Positions 8,677 to 17,848 of a DNA stretch of 64,000 nucleotides are shown piece by piece; position 1 is the first letter of the stretch; every line of letters begins with the position of its first letter. The stretch is from Sulfurospirillum sp. (GTDB taxonomy: Bacteria; Campylobacterota; Campylobacteria; Campylobacterales; Sulfurospirillaceae), in contig JASFYR010000013.1 of the NCBI GenBank assembly GCA_045047115.1, forward strand, positions 1-64,000, read 5' to 3'. The notes under the pieces are model-generated. The model saw nothing but the letters and a program-made list of their open reading frames with translations. It did not search any database and was not told the DNA's origin. A program made the position numbers and the translations under genes.

Positions 8677-9845
8677 TGTTGCAAAAAAGTAATTGGAACT
8701 ATCCGACAACAGTTTGGTTTGGAGATGGCAGAGTAAAAAACATCTCAAGTGCGCTTGAGCAGTTAAATATAAAAAACCCTCTCATAGTAACAGACGAAGC
8801 TTTGGTAAAACTCCCTATAATGCAAGATCTAAAAGATGCATTGGAAGATAAGAATATCCCATTTACTGTATTTAGTGATGTTCAGCCAAACCCAACAGGT
8901 GAAAATGTACAAAATGGTGTAGAAATCTACAAAGAAAATAAAAATGACGGAGTTATAGCATTTGGTGGCGGAAGCGCACTAGATGCCGGAAAAACTATAG
9001 CTTTTATGTCAGGACAGACTCTTAGCGTCTGGGATTTTGAAGATGTCGGAGATAACTGGAGCAAAGCCGATGAGAGTGGTATAGCAAAAACTATAGCTAT
9101 CCCTACGACTGCCGGAACTGGGTCTGAAGTTGGTCGCGCTACTGTCATCACAGATAGTAAAAATCACGCCAAAAAGATCATCTTTCACCCAAAAATGTTA
9201 CCTTCTATCGTCATACTTGATCCTATTTTAACTTATGGCTTACCACCACATATAACAGCTTGGACGGGCATAGATGCTCTTGTTCATGCCGTAGAGGCAT
9301 ACTGTGCACCGGGATTTCACCCTATGGCTGATGGCATAGCCATAGAGGCAATAAGACTCATAAAAGAAAACCTGACAAAAGCTTACAAAGAGCCTCACAA
9401 TGCAGATGCCAGAGCTTACATGTTGGTGGCGGCCATGATGGGAGCAACCGCTTTTCAAAAGGGTTTGGGCTCAGTTCACTCTTTGGCTCATCAACTAGGT
9501 GGACTTTTTAACACACCTCACGGCCTTGCAAACTCTATCATACTCCCTTTCGCCCTAAAGCAAAATGAGTCTGCCGTAGAGAAAAAGATGGCAAAACTAT
9601 GCGAGTATCTGGATATTGCAAATCCATCCACAAAAAGTTTCATAGAGTATATATTGGGCCTAAGAGAGGAGCTTGGGATTCCTCATACACTAAAAGAGGC
9701 AAAAATATCCGATGCAAGGGCTGATGAGATAGGAAAATTGGCTTACAATGACCCATCAACTCTGACAAATGCAAAAAAGATAGATGCACAGGATTTAAAA
9801 ACTCTGTTTTTAGCTGCACATAGTGGCGATTTTGGTTTGGTATAA
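8676..9845 (+). CDS. Iron-containing alcohol dehydrogenase
   Basis: GGGSALD, PTTAGTGSE, and metal ligands DALVH, HSLAH, PHG. Confidence 0.95.
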   Translation: MLQKSNWNYPTTVWFGDGRVKNISSALEQLNIKNPLIVTDEALVKLPIMQDLKDALEDKNIPFTVFSDVQPNPTGENVQNGVEIYKENKNDGVIAFGGGSALDAGKTIAFMSGQTLSVWDFEDVGDNWSKADESGIAKTIAIPTTAGTGSEVGRATVITDSKNHAKKIIFHPKMLPSIVILDPILTYGLPPHITAWTGIDALVHAVEAYCAPGFHPMADGIAIEAIRLIKENLTKAYKEPHNADARAYMLVAAMMGATAFQKGLGSVHSLAHQLGGLFNTPHGLANSIILPFALKQNESAVEKKMAKLCEYLDIANPSTKSFIEYILGLREELGIPHTLKEAKISDARADEIGKLAYNDPSTLTNAKKIDAQDLKTLFLAAHSGDFGLV

Positions 9846-9850
9846 GCAGG

Positions 9851-10489
9851 ATGAGTATCATAAAGTTAGTTTTTTTGGCACTAATAGCCATATTTATATT
9901 TAACTATTTTGATACAACCAATGAAAAATATGATGGGACTTTGGTTTTGCCGATAAATACAAAAATTTTAGCGTTTGGTGACAGTATAACTTACGGATAT
10001 AGAGTGGATAGTGATAAAAACTATCCATCCGTACTCTCAAATCTACTTCAAAGTAAAGTCATAAATGCAGGACGAAATGGAGAAACAACAAAAGAGGGGC
10101 TTAAAAGACTACCTGGCTTACTTAAAAAACACAAACCTCAAATCCTTATAATCTGCGAAGGAGCAAATGACCTTTTAAGAAGTAAAAAGTTCAGCGATAT
10201 AAAGAAAAACTTAGCAGATATGATAAAACTGGCACAAAAACAGAAAATCTTCGTTGTTCTAGTAGGAGTTCCATATCTAGAATATCTGAGGTACAGTACA
10301 GCTAATTTTTACTATGATTTAGCTCAAACCTACAATGTTCCTTTTGAAGATAATATTTTAGAAAAAATCTTAAACGACAACTCACTTAAAGTTGATGAAG
10401 TCCATCCAAATGCAAAAGGCTATGAATTGCTAAGTAATGCTTTAGCAAATATCATCACCACAAATTATGTCCCGTCTTTCTCTTTCTAA
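9851..10489 (+). CDS. SGNH/GDSL arylesterase (TesA-like), N-terminal anchor
   Basis: FGDSIT, NAGRNG, GAND and DEVHPN blocks. Confidence 0.9.
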   Translation: MSIIKLVFLALIAIFIFNYFDTTNEKYDGTLVLPINTKILAFGDSITYGYRVDSDKNYPSVLSNLLQSKVINAGRNGETTKEGLKRLPGLLKKHKPQILIICEGANDLLRSKKFSDIKKNLADMIKLAQKQKIFVVLVGVPYLEYLRYSTANFYYDLAQTYNVPFEDNILEKILNDNSLKVDEVHPNAKGYELLSNALANIITTNYVPSFSF

Positions 10490-10656
10490 AATACTTTTGT
10501 GTTTCCTTTCTACACACTAAATACATAAATTTTACATAAATTTCCACTTGCTACGATAATGCTATTTTAATCAAATAGTATGTTAGTAACTGACAAAATC
10601 AGTTACTATCTAATTTTTCCAATCCTAAATTTGGATTTGAAGAATACAAAGGAGAA

Positions 10657-10914
10657 GTGATGGATAATAGTGCTGCACAAGCGTATTGGAAAGAGAATAT
10701 AACCACAATACTTAAGTTATTGGTTGTTTGGTTTGTCGTCTCTTACGGATGTGGTATCATCTTCATAGATGAATTAAACGCTATAACATTTGGGGGATTT
10801 AAATTAGGATTCTGGTTTGCCCAGCAAGGTTCAATATATGTATTTGTAATTCTTATTTTTGTATATGCAAAGATGATGGAAAGAATTGAAGAAAAATACG
10901 ATGTACACGAATAA
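10657..10914 (+). CDS. DUF4212 small subunit of sodium:solute symporter
   Basis: AYWKEN...GFKLGFWFAQQGSI; two TMs; directly precedes an SSS gene. Confidence 0.9.
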   Translation: MMDNSAAQAYWKENITTILKLLVVWFVVSYGCGIIFIDELNAITFGGFKLGFWFAQQGSIYVFVILIFVYAKMMERIEEKYDVHE

Positions 10915-10928
10915 AAAAGGATAGTATA

Positions 10929-12830
10929 ATGGAATTACAAAGTTTAATATATCTATTTGTGGGTCTCTCTTTTGCACTATATATTGGAATTGCAATATGG
11001 GCAAAAGCAGGTTCGACCAAAGAGTTTTATATAGCTGGTGGCGGTGTTCATCCCGTGCTAAACGGTATGGCAACAGGGGCTGACTGGATGAGCGCGGCTT
11101 CATTTATATCACTTGCAGGAATCGTCTCTCTTAAAGGTAGTGACGGTGGTGCATATCTTATGGGCTGGACAGGCGGTTATGTTCTTTTGGCTATGCTTTT
11201 AGCCCCTTATCTTAGAAAATTTGGAAAGTTTACTGTTCCTGATTTTATAGGGGATAGATACTACTCTGATTTTGCTCGTGCGGTAGCGGTAATATGTGTT
11301 GTTTTTATATCATTTACCTATGTTGCCGGTCAGATGAGAGGTGTCGGCATCGTCTTTTCAAGATTTTTACAAGTTGATGTAAATATGGGTGTCTATATCG
11401 GTATGGCTATCGTATTTATATATGCAGTTCTTGGGGGTATGAAGGGCATCACCTATACGCAAGTTGCCCAATACTGTGTTATGATTTTTGCTTTTACAGT
11501 ACCTGCAATTTTCTTATCACTTCAAGTAACAGATACATTCTTGCCACAAATCGGACTTGGCGGAAAAATCCCATTTGCATTTGATGATGGAGTCAAGATG
11601 ATAGACAGTGGAACATATCTACTGCATGCACTTGATACATCCATGACTGATCTCGGCTTTTCGGCATACACCGTAAGTCACGGAGGAACTTGGAATGTCT
11701 TTATGCTCACAACCGCTCTTATGCTGGGAACTGCCGGACTTCCACATGTAATCGTGAGATTTTTTACAACTCCAACTGTAAAAGGTGCTAGAATAAGTGC
11801 CGGTTGGGCTTTGGTATTTATCGCAATTTTATATACTCAAATTCCGGCTGTTGCAGCATTTGCAAGATTAAACCTAATTAAAAATCTACAAAATGTTGAT
11901 TATGCAAAGTTTGTCAAAAATGAAGTCAAAAACAGTGATGGCACAGTAAATCGTGGCTCATGGTTCAAGACTTGGGAAGATTCCGGGCTCATAGGCTGGA
12001 ATGATAGAAATGGAGATGGCAAGATACAAATTGCTGCCGGAAAAGCATTTGAGGGCAAAAAGGGAAAGCCTCATTTCGATGGAAAAACCGGAGTAAATGG
12101 TGAGAGATTGACTTCAAATCCTGCTCCAAAAGTAAACAAATCTGCAGCAGAGATGAGAGCTAGCGGAAAAATGGAAAATGAAGTCTATCTTGACAGGGAT
12201 ATCATCGTCCTTGCAAACCCTGAAATCGCAGGACTTCCAAACTGGGTCATAGCGATAATCGCAGCGGGTGGATTGGCAGCCGCACTCTCAACTGCAGCTG
12301 GACTACTACTTGCTATATCCACAGCTATATCACACGATTTGCTCGGTCAGGTTCTTATGAAAGATCCGGCAACAGGGAGATCAAAACTGAGTGAAAAAGC
12401 CGAATTGATGGCGGCTCGTCTTGCAGCTGTTGTTGCTATCTTGGTAGCTGGTTATTTAGGTATCAATCCTCCTGGATTTGTGGCTCAAGTTGTTGCTTTT
12501 GCATTTGGTTTGGCAGCAGCGTCATTTTTCCCTGCAATTATCTTGGGAATTTTCTACAAAAGGATGAACAAAGAGGGTGCAATAGCCGGTATGCTCGCAG
12601 GCCTCATTTTCACTTTTGGATATATAGTTTACTTTGTCTTTATGGGTGGAGACAAAGCGGATTATCTATGGGGTATAGCACCAACCGGTATCGGCACAAT
12701 CGGCATGATATTGCACTTCATAGTGGCAATCATTGTCAGCTCCATAACTCCACCTCCTCCTCAACATATACAAGAGTTAGTTGAGAGAATTAGAGTTCCA
12801 AGGGGTGCCGGAGGCGCTTCAGCTCATTAA
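10929..12830 (+). CDS. Sodium:solute symporter, ActP-like (VC_2705-type; probable monocarboxylate/acetate)
   Basis: NGMATGADWMSAASF, KFTVPDF, GTAGLPHVIVRFFT and AAALSTAAGLL motifs. Confidence 0.9.
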   Translation: MELQSLIYLFVGLSFALYIGIAIWAKAGSTKEFYIAGGGVHPVLNGMATGADWMSAASFISLAGIVSLKGSDGGAYLMGWTGGYVLLAMLLAPYLRKFGKFTVPDFIGDRYYSDFARAVAVICVVFISFTYVAGQMRGVGIVFSRFLQVDVNMGVYIGMAIVFIYAVLGGMKGITYTQVAQYCVMIFAFTVPAIFLSLQVTDTFLPQIGLGGKIPFAFDDGVKMIDSGTYLLHALDTSMTDLGFSAYTVSHGGTWNVFMLTTALMLGTAGLPHVIVRFFTTPTVKGARISAGWALVFIAILYTQIPAVAAFARLNLIKNLQNVDYAKFVKNEVKNSDGTVNRGSWFKTWEDSGLIGWNDRNGDGKIQIAAGKAFEGKKGKPHFDGKTGVNGERLTSNPAPKVNKSAAEMRASGKMENEVYLDRDIIVLANPEIAGLPNWVIAIIAAGGLAAALSTAAGLLLAISTAISHDLLGQVLMKDPATGRSKLSEKAELMAARLAAVVAILVAGYLGINPPGFVAQVVAFAFGLAAASFFPAIILGIFYKRMNKEGAIAGMLAGLIFTFGYIVYFVFMGGDKADYLWGIAPTGIGTIGMILHFIVAIIVSSITPPPPQHIQELVERIRVPRGAGGASAH

Positions 12831-12832
12831 AA

Positions 12833-12867
12833 TATATCGGCTGGTACAATAAGTATCAGCCGATATA
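12833..12867 (+). terminator. Stem-loop after SSS gene (terminator or mRNA stabiliser)
   Basis: TATATCGGCTGGTAC / GTATCAGCCGATATA; weak U-tract. Confidence 0.55.
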
Positions 12868-12892
12868 CTAATCTCTTTAAAAGGTAACATCT

Positions 12893-14716
12893 ATGAGCCT
12901 GCATAACCAAGAATCATTTATAAAATCGATCCACCCCTTTGAAATGCTCACTCAAGAAGAGTTGTCCTTAACACTAAATTCTATAAATATCGCCTACTAT
13001 AAAAAAGATGAAGTATTGATCTCAAAAGAAAAATTGCCAATTTTTCTCTATATCATTGTTAAAGGTGAGGTCGGGGAGTACAGAGACGGGGAACTCATAA
13101 AAGTATATAGTGACTCAAATATCTTTGATACCGACTCACTTATATACAATAAGACAGATGATGAATTTAGAGTTATGGAAGAGCTTATCTGCTTTGAACT
13201 GGATAAAAAAGTCTTTTTATCACTATTGGATACAAATGGCAGTTTTAAAGATTTTTTTATACAAGATCTTGCAAATAAGATACAATCAGCAAAACAAAAA
13301 GAGTATAGTAGTGAACTCTCAAGCTTCATGATAGCTAGGGTATTTGACACATATATTCATTCACCTTGTATCGTTGATGCAAATACTCCCATTATGACCG
13401 CTCTTAAAAAGATGGTGAAGAGTAAAAACAAGTGTATCATAGTAAAAAACGGTGCTAATTATGAATTTGGCATAGTAACAGACAGCACTGTCAGAAAGTA
13501 TGTACTCTTTAATAACTATGACAAATTTGCCCCCATAGGCCCTATCGCTCTTCATCCTGTTGTATCTATAGATTATGAGGACTATCTCTCAAATGCACTT
13601 CTTTTGATGACCAAAAACTCCATAAAAAGATTGATTGTGATGAAGGATGAAAGTGTTTTTGGGATACTGGAGCAACTCGACCTGCTTAGCTACTTTGCAA
13701 ACCACTCTCATCTTGTATCTGTTCAGATAAAAAAAGCTAAAAACATAGAAGAGTTGAAATATGCATGTTTGGATTTTATAAATATCATAAAAAAACTACA
13801 TGCAAAAGGAACAAAAGTCGAGTATATCTCGCAACTCATCTCAGAATTAAATGAAAAGGTATATGAGAAACTCTATGAGATGATTATGCCAAAAGAGTTA
13901 GCAGATAAAGCAGCTCTTATAGTCATGGGAAGCGAGGGCAGGAGGGAACAGATACTTAAAACCGATCAGGATAATGCTCTTATCATAGATGATTTTGAGG
14001 ATACAAAAGAGTTTAAGCCATATATGATGAAGCTGAATGAGACTCTTTTGGATTTTGGTTTTCCAAAGTGCGATGGAGATATAATGGTCTCAAATCCATA
14101 CTGGAGAAAAAGAGCCAAAGAGTACATCTTGGAGATAGACAGGTGGCTTGAAGTACCCAGCGGGGATGATTATATGCATTTTGCTATATTTTTTGACTCC
14201 ATCTGTGTAGCAGGAGATGAAAAACTGCTAGAGAGGCTTAAAGAGAGAATTTTCAAGAAAATCGAGGGAAAAGATCTCATAATGGCAAATTTTGCAAAAG
14301 CATCTCTTCTGTTTGAGACACCGATCGGTATGTTTTCAAATCTCAAAACCCAACACAATCAAATAGATGTCAAAAAAGGAGGAATCTTCCCGATAGTACA
14401 AGGAGTCAGAAGCTTAGCACTTCAAAATCGAATCACAAAAACAAATACCATTGAGAGGATAGAAGAATTGGTAAGCATGGGGGTTTTAGAAGAGAAATTT
14501 GCAAGCGAAATAATAGAATCTTTTGATACACTCATAAATCTAAGACTAAAAGAGAGACTAAGCGAGTTAAATGGTGAAAAAATATCGGGACACAATATAG
14601 TCACAACAAGCAGACTAAACAAACTCGAACTAGATCTCTTAAAAGACAGCTTCAAGATTGTAAACTCATTTAAAAAATTCATAGTACACCATTTCAGAAC
14701 CGATATGGTAAGCTGA
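12893..14716 (+). CDS. cNMP-binding/CBS/DUF294 putative nucleotidyltransferase
   Basis: N-terminal cNMP-like domain, two CBS repeats, Pol-beta motif MGSEGRREQ...TDQDNAL, C-terminal IDVKKGGIFPIV. Confidence 0.9.
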   Translation: MSLHNQESFIKSIHPFEMLTQEELSLTLNSINIAYYKKDEVLISKEKLPIFLYIIVKGEVGEYRDGELIKVYSDSNIFDTDSLIYNKTDDEFRVMEELICFELDKKVFLSLLDTNGSFKDFFIQDLANKIQSAKQKEYSSELSSFMIARVFDTYIHSPCIVDANTPIMTALKKMVKSKNKCIIVKNGANYEFGIVTDSTVRKYVLFNNYDKFAPIGPIALHPVVSIDYEDYLSNALLLMTKNSIKRLIVMKDESVFGILEQLDLLSYFANHSHLVSVQIKKAKNIEELKYACLDFINIIKKLHAKGTKVEYISQLISELNEKVYEKLYEMIMPKELADKAALIVMGSEGRREQILKTDQDNALIIDDFEDTKEFKPYMMKLNETLLDFGFPKCDGDIMVSNPYWRKRAKEYILEIDRWLEVPSGDDYMHFAIFFDSICVAGDEKLLERLKERIFKKIEGKDLIMANFAKASLLFETPIGMFSNLKTQHNQIDVKKGGIFPIVQGVRSLALQNRITKTNTIERIEELVSMGVLEEKFASEIIESFDTLINLRLKERLSELNGEKISGHNIVTTSRLNKLELDLLKDSFKIVNSFKKFIVHHFRTDMVS

Positions 14717-15327
14717 TGCTAAATCAATTTTTAAAAAAACGAAACCAAAAAAAGCTAAAAGATAAAAATTTCTCTTTTTTGTTTGACGAAACTCCAAACG
14801 ATGAGATTATAGTTTACGACACAGAGACAACAGGTCTAAATCCAAAAAAAGATGAAATTCTCTCTATTGGAGCAGTTAAGGTAAAAGACAATAAAATACT
14901 AACATCCCAAAAATTTGAACTCTTTATAAAACCCAAAAGAGAGATTAATGAGGAAAGTATCAAAATACACTACATAAGAAATATAGATCTACAAAACGGA
15001 AGCGAACCAAAAGAGGCGCTGAAAAGATTTTTACACTTCATTGGCAACAGAACTCTCGTAGGATACTACCTGGAATTTGATGTAAAGATGATAAACCGAT
15101 ATCTTTTGCCATATCTTGGTATAAAACTGCCAAATAAAAAGATAGAGATTTCACAAATATACCATAAGAAAAAAAGAAGATCAATCCCAGATGGAAGGAT
15201 TGATTTGAGATTTGATTCTATCATGGATGATTTAGATCTGCCTATATTTGGCAAACATGATGCTTTGAGTGATGCCATTATGACCGCGATGATGTATATA
15301 AAACTCCAAAATATCGAGTATATATAG
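14716..15327 (+). CDS. DEDDh (DnaQ-like) 3'-5' exonuclease
   Basis: YDTETTG, YLEFD and HDALSDA motifs; TGATG overlap with the upstream gene. Confidence 0.92.
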   Translation: MLNQFLKKRNQKKLKDKNFSFLFDETPNDEIIVYDTETTGLNPKKDEILSIGAVKVKDNKILTSQKFELFIKPKREINEESIKIHYIRNIDLQNGSEPKEALKRFLHFIGNRTLVGYYLEFDVKMINRYLLPYLGIKLPNKKIEISQIYHKKKRRSIPDGRIDLRFDSIMDDLDLPIFGKHDALSDAIMTAMMYIKLQNIEYI

Positions 15328-15349
15328 ATAGAGTTGTTAGGTTGACAGT

Positions 15350-17848
15350 CTAAAGAGATAATTTGAATTTAGCAACTAATTCTTCTTTGGGAAGAGGTTT
15401 GCTAAAGTAGTAACCTTGTCCGAGATCAACACCTAAATTTTTCAAGATTTCTTCCTGTTCTTTTGTCTCGATTCCTTCTGCTATAGTATGAAAATTAAAG
15501 TTATCGCTTATTGATACGATAGCTTTTATCATCTCCAGCTCTTTTTTGCCACTAAATATAACATCTACAAATGTTTTGTCTATCTTTATATTGTCTATCG
15601 GTAACTGTATCAAATAGTTTAAAGATGAATACCCAGTACCAAAGTCGTCCATGCATATTGTTATACCCATTTTTTTGATCTCACTAAGAATTTTTGCATT
15701 TTCTTCTATATTTCGCATAAGGCTCGTTTCTGTTATCTCAATAGCTAGATTTGTTGGGGAAACCTTTTCTTTATCCATAATCTCTTTAAAATCTTTTTTG
15801 AGATTTTGATAATTTAATTGTGCCGTAGATACATTAACAGATATATGTTTTAAGTTAACCAAATGTTGCTTTAGGTATTTAAAATCTCTACAAGCCTCTC
15901 TAAAAACATATTTACCTATATCATATACCAATCCCAAGCTTTCTGCTATCGGTATGAAAATTTCAGGAGAGATAATGCCAAGCTTTTCATTGTTCCACCT
16001 TATCAGCAATTCCAAGGCTAGTATTTTTCTGCTTTGAAGAGAGTATTTTGGTTGATAAACTACGGAAAATTCACCATTTTTAAGTGCATTTCCAAGCTCT
16101 TGTTCTATATTTATCCTTTTTTGTATCTCTTTTGAAAAATTTTCTTGATAAAATTTATATCTGTTTTTACCACTCATTTTAGAGTTGTACATTGCGATAT
16201 CTGCATTTTTCAAAAGTATATTTAAATCCATTCCATCTTCAGGATAGAAAGATATTCCGATGCTAACTGTCGTAGATATCTCATTCTTTTTTATGATTAT
16301 TGGTTTTGAAATTATCTCCATAACTCTTTTAACTATCATAAAGATATTTTCTTTATTTACATCTTTGGTGATAACTATCGCAAACTCATCTCCTCCAAGC
16401 CTATAAATACTATCGCTGTTATCTAAATTGCCAGACAACCTTTTAGCTATAGCTTTGAGTAGTATATCCCCTATATTGTGCCCTAGAGAATCATTAACAA
16501 TCTTAAAATTATCCAAATCTAAAAATAAAATAGCTACTTTTTTATCTAATTGTTCTGCGTCTTTGATATATTGTTCGACCTCGTATTCCATAGCTCTTCT
16601 GTTTTTTAAACCGGTTAGTTGATCGTGTTGTGCGAGATATATAACTCTTTTTTCCTGTTCTATATAATCAGTCACATTTAGCTTGATTGCAATATAACCT
16701 ATAAGTTTTTTATGCCTGTATATAGGTGTAATAGAAGCTTTTTCATAATAAATTTTTCCATATTTATTTTTATTTATAAAATCTCCATTCCATTTTTTCC
16801 CCTGGTCTAGCATCAAATTCATCTCATCATAAAATTCTTGTGGCAACATACCTGATTTTAAAATTCTTGGATTTTCTCCGAGTACCTCCTCTTTGGAGTA
16901 GCCTGTATTTTTCGTAAAAGCTTCATTTACATAGGTGATATGCCTATCCACATCAGTTATGACTATTATATTGTCCGAGTTTTCTATAGCATATTTAAAA
17001 GATGTCAAATCTTTGGCATTTCTGATAAATATAATATATCTGTATAAAAATACAAGTAGCAATAAAATCGATATAACAAACAGAACAAGAGCTGAAATTT
17101 TTAAATTATTTATATTTTGTTTGTATCTTTGTTCTATTTTTTTCTCGATTAATTTTATACTTTCTTTCAGTTTAATTGATTTTGTCTCTTTACTCAACAG
17201 ATTGAGTGTCAAAATATTTTGTGCAGTATGTTTTATATTTAGTCGTAAATATTTTAGATCTTTTATTTTACTTTTTTTATATATTTCATCGATTCTCCTG
17301 ATGTCTTGCTCTATGGTTTTTTTTTCGAGATTTATACCAATAAAAAGTTTTGACAAATCAAAAACAGCTTTATATATACCGGAGCATCTATCATTTTTAC
17401 ATCTCATAGCCTGAGCAAAATTTAGTATATAAGAGAGGGAGCTTATAGTTACGGCATTATATGATTTGTATCTTTCCAAAAGATTGATTTTTTTATTAAA
17501 TCTTACTTTCAGATTTTTTAATTCTGTTTTTAAATCTTCATTGTAATATCCGATAAAGTCGTCGTTTTGCAGAGTCCTTAAGTTTTTTTCAAACAATCTT
17601 ACATCAGAAGATATATCATCATAGTTGATAAATGTCAGCTTTTGCGATAAAAATATATCAAAATCATTATCCAGTATATTTAAATTATTTAGAATTTTAT
17701 TATATTTTTCATAATTTTTTATAACATTTTCTATTTGAACAGTCTTGTAAAGAACAGTTCCCAAAGAAAAAAGAAATACCAGCAGAAATATAAAAGTAGG
17801 CTCTTTTATATACTCCAGCACAACCTCTTTTGTGTTTTTAATACTCAT
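15350..17848 (-). CDS. Membrane-bound DAHL-PAS-GGDEF-EAL c-di-GMP signalling protein
   Basis: Two TMs flank a helical periplasmic domain (INYDD, ERYKSYNAV..SSLSY, DAHL-like); PAS (YVNEAF..TGY); GGDEF; ELL/DDFGTGYSS/EGIET. Confidence 0.88.
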   Translation of the reverse strand: MSIKNTKEVVLEYIKEPTFIFLLVFLFSLGTVLYKTVQIENVIKNYEKYNKILNNLNILDNDFDIFLSQKLTFINYDDISSDVRLFEKNLRTLQNDDFIGYYNEDLKTELKNLKVRFNKKINLLERYKSYNAVTISSLSYILNFAQAMRCKNDRCSGIYKAVFDLSKLFIGINLEKKTIEQDIRRIDEIYKKSKIKDLKYLRLNIKHTAQNILTLNLLSKETKSIKLKESIKLIEKKIEQRYKQNINNLKISALVLFVISILLLLVFLYRYIIFIRNAKDLTSFKYAIENSDNIIVITDVDRHITYVNEAFTKNTGYSKEEVLGENPRILKSGMLPQEFYDEMNLMLDQGKKWNGDFINKNKYGKIYYEKASITPIYRHKKLIGYIAIKLNVTDYIEQEKRVIYLAQHDQLTGLKNRRAMEYEVEQYIKDAEQLDKKVAILFLDLDNFKIVNDSLGHNIGDILLKAIAKRLSGNLDNSDSIYRLGGDEFAIVITKDVNKENIFMIVKRVMEIISKPIIIKKNEISTTVSIGISFYPEDGMDLNILLKNADIAMYNSKMSGKNRYKFYQENFSKEIQKRINIEQELGNALKNGEFSVVYQPKYSLQSRKILALELLIRWNNEKLGIISPEIFIPIAESLGLVYDIGKYVFREACRDFKYLKQHLVNLKHISVNVSTAQLNYQNLKKDFKEIMDKEKVSPTNLAIEITETSLMRNIEENAKILSEIKKMGITICMDDFGTGYSSLNYLIQLPIDNIKIDKTFVDVIFSGKKELEMIKAIVSISDNFNFHTIAEGIETKEQEEILKNLGVDLGQGYYFSKPLPKEELVAKFKLSL

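Noticed and set aside
14716..15327. Calling the exonuclease dnaQ
   Set aside because: No C-terminal alpha-binding extension is apparent, and it is coupled to the DUF294 gene.
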